Of a DNA stretch of 64,000 nt, positions 1 to 12,226 are shown one piece after another. Origin of the DNA: Nemertoderma westbladi. Its lineage: Eukaryota > Animalia > Xenacoelomorpha. Below the pieces are notes generated by a model. That model was not told where the DNA came from. It did no database searches and saw only the letters and a program-made list of their open reading frames with translations. Every line of letters starts with the position of its first letter. Position 1 is the first letter of the stretch. The stretch spans positions 37,310 to 101,309 of the forward strand of contig JAUCBJ010000757.1 in assembly GCA_032718475.1 (NCBI GenBank), read 5' to 3'. The position numbers and the translations under genes were made by a program.

Positions 1-129
1 CAAAAACAATTTAATATGAAAATTGAATTACAAATATTTATATACGTAGTTAGCATAATATTAATATGTATAAATTCAAGAATAAAAACGTATTAAATAA
101 GTTAAATTAAATTAAATTTAATTTAATTT

Positions 130-262
130 GGTCCTGGAAAATTCGGTCCCATTAAATATGTATGTTATGGGACCGAATTTTCTAAGTCAGTATCCGGTCA
201 ATTAGGTCCCAAAACACTAAATTAAAGGGACCGAATTGACCGGGATTGAATTGTCCTGATTC
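130..262. repeat. Short foldback repeats (AATTCGGTCCC/GGGACCGAATT), probably a DNA-transposon/MITE remnant
   Basis: Two inverted pairs: aaaattcggtccc...gggaccgaatttt and ccggtcaattaggtccc...gggaccgaattgaccgg. Confidence 0.45.
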
Positions 263-892
263 AATTTTCTTGGTGTCTGTCTTATTTTCGATATCATTTT
301 TCATGTTTGGTGGCATCTCAACTGTCAGTCTGTCTGTCCGTTTGTCTGTCAATCCGTATATTAAAAGATATTATATCGCACCACATAGTTAAAATCTTAT
401 GAGGTTTACCTGGTCTCGGATTTCATTTCCGATGTTAGCATTATTGATTGGCTGCAATGAAACTGTTTATATGTTATGTCAGTATTGATGTTCAGACAGA
501 CAAAAAATTTCGTCCAGGAAATCCCATATAATGGCGAATATTTTAGAACAACGTCGTCGTTGTTCTATTTTAGATTGTTGGTATGCCGTCTAACATTTTG
601 ATGGACAAACCAACATGATGGACATGAAAAGACAGCTAGCTAGCTACAGTATTATAACTCGAGAAATAAAAGATATGTCGTCAGGCCATTTTCACCTACC
701 TATGACACTGTCATTAATTTAACATTAACATTTATTTGTCTAAAAAGGTTAAACCTCTTAAGCAAAAAAAATTTGGCATAGAAACCCATAATTTCAATTC
801 TCTTTCAATTTGTTTGAAATATGATTGTAGAAATATTTTGTCAAATTTTTCATGAAAATCTTAAGAGACACGAACAAAGATAAAATAAATCA

Positions 893-1277
893 TACAGCCA
901 GCTATAAAGTCCATCTATTACCTGATTGCTTATGGCTGCATGTTTTATTTTACCATTTAATTTGCAGCCATAAGCCCACAGTGGGCGCAAATGGCCTTAT
1001 GGCTGCAGGGTAAATTATTACCATGCAGCCATAAGTCATTTAAAAAAAATAAAAGTTTCAGCTAAATATATAATATAACATAATTTATATAGCCAATTGT
1101 GCCAGATATATGGTTCCTCCAATTCCCTATCGGGAAATATTAAGCCATAAGGCCGGTCATTTCTTATGGCTGCATGTGACCATAAGGCCATTTTTGTGAC
1201 CATAAGGCCATTGTCTTATATATGATGCAGCCATAAGACTTTACCCAATCGGGTAAAACCGGCATTATGGCTGCATG
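893..1277. repeat. Cluster of alternating direct and inverted GCAGCCATAAG/CTTATGGCTGCA motifs (MITE-like subterminal repeats)
   Basis: About 10 copies of the motif in both orientations within 400 bp. Confidence 0.5.
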
Positions 1278-1794
1278 TGAGATACATATATATATATATA
1301 TATAGTGTATATATATATTGTTAATTAATATTTATTTATTATTAGATCTACCATAAATTGTTAAAAACAAGAATAATTCAATTTAATAATTTAATTTTGT
1401 TGAAATTTGACTCAGCCAACACGCAGGCCAAGCTCCAGTCCTTCGTCCCATCACCCGGCTACTAGAGAGTCAAAGCAAGGGATCCTCATACTTTGGATTG
1501 TAGTCCTTTGATTTTAGTCTCTTAGACAGAGTCTAAGAATCATTGAACGTATGAGAGGCATCAACATTAACTATCGCAATATTAAAAGACACCACCCACA
1601 GTGTCATGTTCACGTTTGGCCGTAGGCCACCTCAACGAGATGTTACTGTACTGCACCTTTTGTCTGGGACGGATTGAATGGCAGACATCATCATTGCCTT
1701 CCGGGGCAACACTACTCACTCACAGCTAAGGTTGAGGCAAGATGAGCGCGCCTTAACTGGCAATATTTAATATAAGTAATTCTTGTTCTTACAG

Positions 1795-1954
1795 ATGTAG
1801 AAGAAGTGTCTGCTGGTGGTAGTTGTTCAGCGTCATCAGAACACAGTTCGGGGTATGTATGTTCTAATGCTCTCAATGATAATGGAAATGATTGGGCTAC
1901 AAAAGGACAGAAGTGGTACGAGATAGCATTAAATGGTACCAAAACAATAACTAG
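1795..1954 (+). pseudogene. Isolated exon-like segment resembling the N-terminal half of an F5/8-type-C (discoidin) domain
   Basis: ttcttacAG|...|GTtagt boundaries; translation CSASSEHSSGYVCSNALNDNGNDWATKGQKWYEIALNGTKTITR; no convincing in-phase next exon found. Confidence 0.3.
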
Positions 1955-2544
1955 GTTAGTATTAGTGGTAGCTTTACTACATAATTGTATACAATAATCA
2001 ATAATGATTAATGAAAAATAATGATTAATGTATCTGTTCATTATTTGGCTATCCACTATAGGTATACAACCTCACCTTGAAAATAGGCTGACTACTATCT
2101 TTTGCTGCGCCACAATCTGAGTCACGTGAATCCCAATCTGAATCCGTGCCTTCCCTTCAACGGTATCACCATCACCATATGTGACTCCAACCTCCAACGG
2201 TACCACCAAATGTGCTTTCAGCATCATTAGGGCTTTAGCTCAATGGACGAAACTATTGAATCTTCCAGGTTTACATGGGACAGATAGACTGGAATTGTTG
2301 CTGGGACCTGCCCCCCCCCCCCCCACCCCCGTTACTCATCAAACTGCAGCGCAAAGCATTACTGGAGGACTTTATCACATTACTAACGGCACAGAAACCA
2401 CAGGGGCAACGGGGGGGGGGGGGGGGGGGGCAAACCCAGCAGGGGTGCCCTCAACATTTAGCCGCTACGTATCAATATTCAATAGGGTTGGTGTACAAAA
2501 AAGTTGTTAGGCTAGAAACAATTGAATAATAATAGAGTATTTAT

Positions 2545-2741
2545 ATTTGGTAAAGCAGGCGCCCTTACAAAGCCAGGTTCCCATTATACTGATGGGTTGG
2601 TGTGTAGGCACTATTAATGTCTAAAGTGTCTGTCTTGCCTCAGTGCGAAATTTCTACATCCTTTAGTCGGATTCGAACCTGCGCCACCAAACACTATTAT
2701 GTAAGCAGTTCAGGCGCTGTATCCACTCGGACACTGCGACA
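2545..2741 (-). mobile_element. tRNA-derived SINE
   Basis: Minus strand A box TGTCCGAGTGG and B box GGTTCGAATCC followed by a non-tRNA body. Confidence 0.65.
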
Positions 2742-4564
2742 CTTAAGGGGTAACACGGAGGCCTGAATCGAATGTTTATTGTAAAAAACAGGGACTGACA
2801 TCGAATCGAATCGAAAGCAATTTTTCGTCTTCGATTTCCCATATATTTTTCGATTCGATTTCGATTCGACTCAGGTAAAAATTTTCGACTTCGATAAGAT
2901 CATTCGACCTTTGAATATTAACTTAATTATTTATCATTAAATATAGATTATAAATTTTATTATTAAATTGTTACTTTGAATTGGAACTTCTTAAATTTAA
3001 TCACAATGGAGTCGAAGTAGAAAAGGTTTGCAAGTACTGTAATTAGTGCAAAATCCATTCACACCACAAAACTTATTGTAACTTTTTTTGTGTTGTGTGC
3101 ACGGTGTACACCAAATCATATTCAATATCAAATATTAGTTTATGTACGAAGTTAAGCGGTTCTCTAATCACGTAATAAATATTCGAGAACACTAATTTAT
3201 TTAACATTGAGTAAGGGTAGGCAGCATCAGGAGTTGAAGAGTACAATAATTTTAATTGCGCAACCATGGAAGCAATATAGTAAAATACTACAGTTCAATT
3301 TATTTTGAACACTATTTTGTTCTATCATTTATTAAAGAATTGAGCAACAAAAAGTACCAATTTACTAATACGATTACGTATTACATGGGAAAAAAACGTA
3401 AAAAATTATTAAAAATATCTATAAAATGTGCCTACCTCGAGAATAGTGGAAATAAGTTGTACTTTTTTTCTCTTGTAATAAATAATTATTATTTTTATAT
3501 TTTACTGTTGGCCAAAGTATGCCAAAAAATAATATGTATGTAGATGTACAATATTCCATTAGGGACCAGGGGGTGGGGTGCATACCCGACAAGATTGTAG
3601 CAGAGCACGGGTGAGTACAAAACAAAGACTCAAAATCTGTACAAAAACCTGTGTTAAACAATAAATGAAAGTAACATTTATTGTTTTGGTTCCCCCAACA
3701 CGCCTAACGCTTAGCTTAGCTTAGCTTAGCTCTTTGTTTTGTACAGAGAGTCTTGGGTCTGAGAGACTAGCTTCGGAAGTCCTGGATTTCTATTCTTCAA
3801 GCTGTGGTATATTACAGTAGGCCCCCCTCACACGTAGCAAATAATTATTTCTGCAATTGGTTTCTGAAACTTGATGTTGGACTCCTCACACGCGGTAAAC
3901 TTTTTGCTCAAAAAATAACATTATTTCTAAATAAATAGTTAACATGTCCGCTCACACACGGGAAACTTGTTGCTCAAGAAAATAACAATTATTTAATAAC
4001 TATTTACATCATTGTGTGCAAAGTAGCACTTTGCAGCGTTATGAGCCGAGTTTATTTATTATTATTATTATTAATACACACTCATCTTTAATTAAATACA
4101 AACAGTGAATAAAAACAATAGGCCTACACCATCGGTTATGTACCGAGCGAGCGCAGCGAGGGAGGTTTACATAAATAAACAAGGGTTTTTAACGCTGAAA
4201 AGTTACCTTTGCAAGCAATGATGTATGTAATTTTGTTACATTATGTCAACTTATCAGCGTTCGGTATGTGAAGAAAGGATTTTATGATTTATACATTTTA
4301 ATCATGTACTATATCGAATATAAGTGAAATTTATTAACAGGTACACAGTATTAATTATACATTTAAATCTAATTAAAGTTTATTGGAAGTAATCTCCTCA
4401 ATGGATGTGATAAATCATTAATCCATCTTGACTATAGTCGACTGAAGCAAACTTAGTCACCGTCTGTGTCCGTTCAATTTTACTGAACACTGTCGCCATT
4501 TTCTTTGCTCATTTTTTCTAAAGTGACTTCTATTGGATATTTCGCCATAATGGCGAAATGTAAT

Positions 4565-4789
4565 CCACCACTCCCACCTCCATGGCTCGCCCCACTCACC
4601 TCGTTCAAGGCGTCCACCCCCATGGCTCGCCCCACTCACCTCGTTCAAGTCCTCCGCCACTCCCACCTCCATGGCTCGCCCCACTCACCTCGTTCAAAGC
4701 GTCCCCCACTCTCACCTCCATGGCTCGCCCCATTCACCTCGTTCAAGGCCTCCTCCACTCCCACCTCCATGGCTCGCTCCACTCACCTA
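4565..4789. repeat. Irregular ~40-55 bp tandem repeat (CCATGGCTCGCCCCACTCACCTCGTTCAA), 5 copies
   Basis: Direct reading. Confidence 0.85.
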
Positions 4790-5189
4790 GCTAGTCCCGT
4801 CACTGCAAACTGGATAATAAAGCAGCACTCATTAACATAAATGGAAATAATGCATTCTAGAATACGGTAATTGAAGTTGTTTCCATGTTATTAATTACTT
4901 TGCAGCGTTCCGTCCTATAGGCCGTAACGCTGCAAAGTAGTACTTTGCAGCGTTACGAGTAATTCACCAGAACGCTGTTAAGTTGACATAATGTAACAAA
5001 AATAAGTAGTTAACATGTCCATTCATTTATTTGTATCAAATTATCTAATATTAGCTACCGGTAGTACATAAAAATGTGATGTAATAAAAGTTTTAAAGAT
5101 GGAATGGTTGCAGTGGAATATAATTATTTTATTAAAACGTTGCAGCAACTTGTTGCTGGACTCCTCACACACAGAAACTGTTGTAGCTT

Positions 5190-5310
5190 TACGAAACCTA
5201 ATCTGATTTCCACATAGCAGCCTCTCAATGGGATCCCTGATGCGATTTAATAAAATTATATTGTATAGTTTTGCAGCAATCGAGATAAATGAGATCCATG
5301 TAATACGGCA
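5190..5310 (-). mobile_element. Decayed RTE-like LINE reverse transcriptase fragment
   Basis: IAAKLYNIILLNRIRDPIERLLCGNQIRFR resembles VAAKIYNKMILYRIRPHIEKLLRKSQNGFR of the RTE ORF at 59405. Confidence 0.7.
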
Positions 5311-7086
5311 ATAGAATGAGCAGTACCGTAAAGTGGGGCTACTTTGAACAGGTGGGGAAACTTTGAACATGGCAGATTCACATTTTCGATTCAATAAATT
5401 TTACAAAAAAATAAAATGTAACCAATACAGCTTTTAGGTCTCGCACCAGCGTACTGAAACTGTCTAATAGGCATCTAGGGTAGAGTGGTAGTTATTAGGC
5501 CTACGCCTACTTTACGTAGGCGTACCTTATATATGTTCAAACAAACAGTATAAAGTTGCTTTACTTGGCAGGTACTGTATCTACTACGGTACAACATATA
5601 AATAAGGTTTACAAAGGAATACAAACAATAAAATATGGGAAAAGGTTAAAACAGTCAGACATCCTATCCTTGTAAATACAACCTATAGATTAGTAGGTAC
5701 TTTTAGATAGCTGTAATGAATCTACTCAGAGAATTAAAATGGACCAAAATTAGTAAAAAAGCATTATAAACAATGAAAATGGGAGAAGGATTCACTTTCT
5801 AACCCTAATTGCAGATTAGATTATCAGCAAAGAGTTACAGGAAATTGCAGCGGTGGACATTGCGAAAACAACAAAGACATCACATTAACTTTCTATAAAG
5901 ATGGCAGCATATCAGAAACAAGACACATTATATTGATGAATGACAGGTTTGCATTCCATTAATTAAAACGATACGTATGGATTGAACTTTATTTTTAATG
6001 GACATATCTCTTTTTACTGTGGTTGGCCCAAATTTACTGCCTGTGTCCTTTAATTAAGAGACGTCTTACGAAAGTCATGGAGTGTCCACTGTCCACCTTG
6101 CTTATTTATTCCATGACGCTACCAAATCACAAGATCACAAGATTGTGCTCAGGCTGGTCGTCACAGCAAAAGCAATGTCCTGCGAAGCAGAGGCGGCTTT
6201 TCCAAAGTCTCAAGCTGGGGGGACCAATGGGACACCTGCAATATTATAGTCTGGTTAAAGATGTGCACTTACCTTTCTGATATTGAGAACTAATGTGATA
6301 TATGTAGGTATGTCATTGGTACTCATAAATTAATGTATAGGTGCTATCTGTATGTTTTGAATAACAAATGGATGCTGTACCATTTTAAATATTATGATGA
6401 AACATTTTCTCTATTACGCATTTACTTACTCTCTATGACATTGTCATATTGCCAATAGCCGAAATGTACTGGTTTTTGTCCATCGTGCATTGATGTTCTG
6501 TGTGATACCCAGTTTTACTATAGACATTGAATCATTTTGAAATGGGACTCTTTGAAAGGGTTATACTGTAATATATTTTTCTTGGATAACATATGCTAAA
6601 TTGTGTCATGCATTGCTATTCATCAAAACGATACAATTCAGCTTTGACAATTTACATTATAAATTACTATTACTTGCAGAGAAAATCGAAATTACCCGAT
6701 AAACCCACCAGTGAAGGGAGTAAGGAAGGTGAGAATAACTGTAGACAGTGCCTATGGGACAGCAAACAATGGCGCTCAATATATTGCTTACTATGGTTAC
6801 AATGAAAAAGGTGGGTAATTAACAGATATTGTTTGTTTATTGAACAGGGTGGATTTGTTCATGTTCAGTATGTACAGGATGTTCTTTTCAAATTTCTATA
6901 TGCACGATGTTTCTCATTGGCCCGAAAAATAAAGGCCTTCAGTCTAAAGAATCGACTTAAAACATAGAAGGATCAACCGCCTTTCGACTGAGGCAAGTGA
7001 TGGTCTGATGCACCTGCGTCTGTGGGAGCCACTGTCACATGGTGGTATGAAGAAATCAGCCATCAAAGCTGAATTAAGCAAAGCGC

Positions 7087-7893
7087 TTAATTATGCAATG
7101 CTCCTCGTTCACTCCTACCAAATTTCAGATGAATCTGATGGTAGGTTCTATAATTACACAGCTACTTCTACGTTTCTGTCAATTCGCCTCCCTAGCGGCA
7201 GACAGGTGAACTTTAAAGTCTGTCTGTGTGTATCATTTCTACTTAAGCAACGGCGATAACTGCCCGTTGAAGACATGGGAACTTGAAAGTCTAACCGTAC
7301 AGTACATAAAATATGTTCAAACAAAAATAATGTTTATTAAAATCTACATTATTTTCGTTTTAGGTTAACTGAGGTAAATATTACATTGCATGTCTTAGAA
7401 ATCATGTTACTATTCATGTAATTTTTTGAGAAAGTTTGACTGGCCCATTTGATTCAAAATTGATTTATTAAATTAAATGAACGGGAAAAGGGCCACCTTT
7501 ACTATCATAAAGAATGAGATGATTTACATTAGGGCCACAAATATACATCTTTTACAGTGGCCTTTTGCATCCAAATTGATCTTACCAATAAACTGAGTTG
7601 AAAAAGCGCCAGAATGAAATACAATGAGCTTAACAGCATTAGGGCCATACTGTAGCGCCATGGAGATATTTATGGACAAGGCTCTTTAGAGCTAGAATTT
7701 AGTAACGAATAACGAACATAAGAACTATAAAAGTCCGTCTAGGCATATAATTTATAATTATGCAATGCTCCTCGTTCACTCCTACCAAATTTCAGATGGA
7801 ATCTGATGGTTGGTTCTATAATTACACAGCTACTTCTACGATTCTGTCAATTCGCCCCCCTAGCGGCGTACAGGGGAACTTTAAAGTCTGTCT
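7087..7893 (-). repeat. Two ~140-bp direct copies (about 7087-7225 and 7756-7893), each with a minus-strand CTCF-like motif
   Basis: taattatgcaatgctcctcgttcactcc...aactttaaagtctgtctg occurs twice; motifs read CCGCTAGGGAGGCG and CCGCTAGGGGGCG on the minus strand. Confidence 0.7.
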
Positions 7894-8393
7894 GAATTTA
7901 GAATTTCTAAATAAACAATGCTTGTAGGTGTAGGTCACTCTTACCAAATTTCAAGAAGATATATCATTCATTCATTATTATTTAATCAAATAAAATTGAC
8001 ATATTGAAAAATACACATTAAAATACCCTTTACAGTTAAGGTCAAATAGTCACGTTATTTACATAGAGATATGATGTGATTTCAAGATAGCAGAATATAC
8101 TTCTAGGACGCGTACAAACTGTGAGTCACAATAAAGTAAAAAAAAAACATTGGTTTTGTGAGATCTAATTAAAATTATATCGACGATATGAACTAAATTA
8201 TACGCAATTAGTCCGTTTATCGAACTCAAATATTGTAAAAATCTGTTATGCGTTTGTGCTTGGCTCTAAAAGTAAGCCCTGGCAGTTCGTAACATTGTCG
8301 TATGTACTGTCCTTCCTCTAGGTGGCGTAGTGAGGTGGCTGGCTCAGATAGTCTGGCGAATAGGTTATTTGTATTGTATTTGTAGTTACAGAG

Positions 8394-8778
8394 TTACCCA
8401 ATCGTGGGTAGACCATAATTAGCGACAGCTTTACTGTACACGCTTCCTAATCCTTGATAATATGAACGTTGGTTCGATTGTAACGTGATGCGAAGTGATT
8501 CCTGAAGATTCGTGTTGGGACAGTTGAGAGACCGAAGCACTGTCCCCAGACATGACTTATACGCCTCTAGCGAGAGTGTTCCGGTCCCAAAGAGGTGATT
8601 TAAGGTGTCATTTGATACATAACATCCAACGTGAAGAATTCCTCGCAGATGTTTCCTATAATAAATTTCCACCATATCAGTATCTTTCTTAGATAGTTCG
8701 CCAATGCGGAATTTCAGTCTGTACAATAGGGACGACAATCCAACAGACCGCCATAACAGAGCCACAATCCGTACAGGG
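8394..8778 (-). mobile_element. 3' fragment of a non-LTR retrotransposon ORF2 (post-RT region), truncated by the LTR element
   Basis: LLWRSVGLSSLLY...LSKKDTDMVEIYYRKHLRGILHV resembles LINE ORF2 C-terminal regions; it ends at the LTR start. Confidence 0.5.
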
Positions 8779-10016
8779 TGTAAAAGCCTTTGCTGAATTG
8801 CCCCGTTATTTTTATTATCTTTTACATTAAAATACTCTGTAGTTGATTTAATAAGTGTAAGAGACCGTATTATTGCTGTATCGGTGTTTTTAGAGGATCT
8901 AAGACCTATTTCCTCCGTATGTGTACTGTGAAAGGCATATTTTATGATTCTATGGCAATTCGTGACGCAAAGGGGTGATAGCTACTCTTGAACAGTAGTT
9001 ACTATGACTACGGTTAACAGCTGACATTCATACGTGTTGATTTCCTTTGTTCTACGGCGTCTCTCAGTTCAGTCAGCCAATTAGAGCGTTTTTGTGGCTC
9101 CTTGTACAGAAAATTTCCGAGAAATGACGCAATGCCTATGTGCAGTGTTTACATTCAGTCCTGAGCCAAAGAAAGAACGGCTTGGAAGTATTTTGTGCTT
9201 TACTGTTTTTAGTCTTACACTAGTAGGTTTAATTATAAAGGGCATATATCCTTTAACCTACCTGACTCATGGAATCACTGCTGACTGATCATACATGCTG
9301 ACTGCTGAAACATTGCAAACTCGTAACAATCAATGTTCAGTTGTTGTTTTATACTGCTATTTACTGTCAGTTCTTCATAATATGGTTGATGAATTATTAT
9401 ATTTGGAATAACGATAAATAACCCCGAAACCCAATATTCTTGATATACCGAAGGTAAGAGAGAAAGGTTACCAATAACGATTGTGACTTATGTTAAAGTG
9501 GTTTGAAGTGAATCCAATGTTATTTGATAGACCCTACATGATTCAGTCTGTGTTCCTTTTATATGTGACTAAAATCAGTGAAGATTGGCAGATTAGTGTG
9601 CAGTATTGTGCAGCATTGTGTATGAGTGAGTCTGTTAAAGAAGCAATTCCTAAAGAATGCGCCATATATGTGAATTATAATTAAGCCATATCGTTGTGAG
9701 TAGTTTAAGTCATAACTCTGTTTATATAGATAAAGCGCCACGTCCTAAAGGAACTGTTAATATTCCCGAAGGTGAATAATATTGTCAGAGATTATATAAT
9801 ACTGTCAGTCGAATAATACATTAGGCTTACATAGCAATAAAATTAAACCGTCGAACCCAATCTCCCAGGAATCTCCAGCGGGTGAATGGTCGCGCACGGA
9901 TTGGTTTCGACTAGTGTAGTGAATCAAATACTTGTCATAGACTAAAAACAGATTTAATATCTAGAAGACATCTTAATTTGGTGGGTTAAACTGCCAAAGG
10001 TCTGAAAGCGCGAACA
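8779..10016 (+). repeat. 5' LTR (1238 bp)
   Basis: TGTAAAAGCC...GCGCGAACA, matches 20235-21473. Confidence 0.95.
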
Positions 10017-10028
10017 TTAAAGGATATA
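10017..10028 (+). promoter_or_regulatory. Putative non-tRNA (self-priming) primer-binding site
   Basis: TTAAAGGATATA directly after the LTR-terminal CA; perfect reverse complement of LTR positions 9245-9256 (TATATCCTTTAA); no TGG-type PBS. Confidence 0.6.
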
Positions 10029-10329
10029 GCTTCTTTGTTGCAGTAAGCAATAAAGTTGAAAGTACCGGTCAACCGGTACATCTGTAGGTCAGTAGGCCCA
10101 ACTGCCAGAACCGGTACCAGTAGGCCTGACTACCTAACCACTCGGACCGGTACCTACAGCAGTACAGGTACAGCAGTATTATTCGATTTTGATAGTTATA
10201 TACCGGTAGGCCTTAATAATTAATCAGGGAGGGCCCGCCCTGGTTTTTTATTGAGATTTTTACTTATTTCTGTCAAGTTTTATTTATTTGTAAGCCAGTA
10301 TTGAACAGAAGGCGTGTAAACCTGATCAG

Positions 10330-10900
10330 ATTGTACAGACAATTTGTAGGCTGAGCTGTTGTCTGATTGCTGTTAAGTCTGAACGGATTACAGTGTGTGT
10401 AGAGCACTTGTCCGATTAAGTACGGTTAGGAAGTAGGGGCAGCCAATGCGGTCAGGTAAACCCCCAACTAAAGAATAAGTCGCACTACTGGGTTAGAGCG
10501 CATACTCCCTAATCATTTCGGAGTCTGCATGTCCTGTAGTTTATTTAGGCTTGAGAGTAGTCTGCCATCGTTTAGTCTGTACTTTGTTTGTGTAAGTCTG
10601 TACGGGTAGCGTATAATTTTATTTAGATAATTTGTAGGCTGGATAGTTGTCTGGCTGTTATTAGGTCTGAACGGATTGCCGTGTGTGTGGATCATCTGTC
10701 CGATTAAGTACGATTAGGCAGTAGGGGCAGCGAAGGCTGTAAGGTAAACCCCCAACTAAAGAATAAGTCGCACTACTGGGTTAGAGCGCATACTCCCTAA
10801 TCATTTCGGAGTCTGCATATACCGTGGTTTGTTTAGGCTTGATAGTAGTCTGTCAGTGTTCGGTCTGTATTTTGTTTGAGTAGTTTGTACGCGTAGCGTA
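10330..10900 (+). repeat. ~289-bp direct duplication in the retrotransposon leader
   Basis: ggtaaacccccaactaaagaataagtcgcactactgggttagagcgcatactccctaatcatttcggagtctgcat occurs at about 10455 and 10743. Confidence 0.85.
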
Positions 10901-12226
10901 ATATTTATTATTCAGAGTTTATGCGATTATTCGCAACATTCAAGTCCCCAAGTTTGTTCCTACAGTTATTGTGTTTGTTATACATACCGCTATAGTTAAA
11001 TTAACCTCGGTACTACACGGGCTGCTTGGCGTAGGTAAAGACTGGTGATTTTGTGCATCGGTCACTCCAGCAGATGCCGTGGTTCTTTTAGCTGTTCAAG
11101 TATATTTAATTACTGATTATCTGTTGTACAAGTACTCGTACCTAATTTAGGGTTTAGTGTACAGTGCTTTCCGAGAATAATTAGTGTAGGCATTATATTT
11201 GTGTTGTAAAGTGGTTGATAGGCACATTCGATTAGCTCTATTAACTTCTAGGTAGGAACACTCCGTGATACATAACGTAGAACCTATAGCGATACGGCTA
11301 TAGGTCGTCAGGCGGTGGTATTTTCCTATCTAGACAACGCAGTGTATTTACTACTACTTATTATTTCAAATACCGTAGTACTCTGTCCGTTGTAATAACC
11401 GGTTATCTAACCCTTTGTTAGGCTGGTTTGTAGACTTCTTGTAAAATGACCCTAAAAATTCGTATTTGTTTTTGTAAATTTTTGTGTTTATTTAGAGATT
11501 GTAATCTCACCCGAATTGTACGTAATTTGTAGTATTAAGTAACTTAGGTAAATTAGTATTATTTGTTTTAGTGTCTCATAAGTAACACTTCATTGAAAGC
11601 GCACCGCTTTGTGTAGTGATTACCCCCAGAAATAATAACATTTATTTCAAACATTGACAAAACCCATTAAAACGGGTATATATATATTATAAATCAAATC
11701 TAACGATTTATAAATAGTAGGCCTACCATACAACCATTAGGTCCCAATATCAGTTGGATTACTGCTCAAATAACGGTAATAAAGTAAGTAAAGTAACAAA
11801 GTAACCCTAAAGTAACAGAAATTCAATTATTTGAAATAATTGATATACCGGTATTTACGATAGGCCTATTATCTTTATTTCTATAAATCTAGGCTGAAAT
11901 TATACCGGTACTTGTAATTAATTCTATTTCAGAATTATATATCCTACAAACTGTAAGCTGTATACCGGTATTCCGATAGGCCTATTATATATTTATATAT
12001 ATTTGTGCTAAAATTATACCGGTATTCTGTGATAAACATAGTCTGTAATAATACTTATAGTGTTATATATACTATAAGCATACCGGTATTCTAATATATT
12101 ATATATATATCACGCTACACTGAGTAGCAGTACCGGTAATTAATTACTAGGCTAGCAGTTGATACTGAGTTATTAGACTTACTCAGACTGTAATACAGCA
12201 GTAGACATTCAACGGTATACATAGTC

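Noticed and set aside
2660-2741. Possible tRNA genes here, at 28540-28617 and at 30727-30790
   Set aside because: A/B boxes are present but no convincing cloverleaf or acceptor stem; they fit SINE heads better
5324-7000. Possible pogo-like transposon end (TACCGTAAAGTGGGG) and decayed transposase
   Set aside because: No matching second terminus or recognisable catalytic motifs could be read by eye
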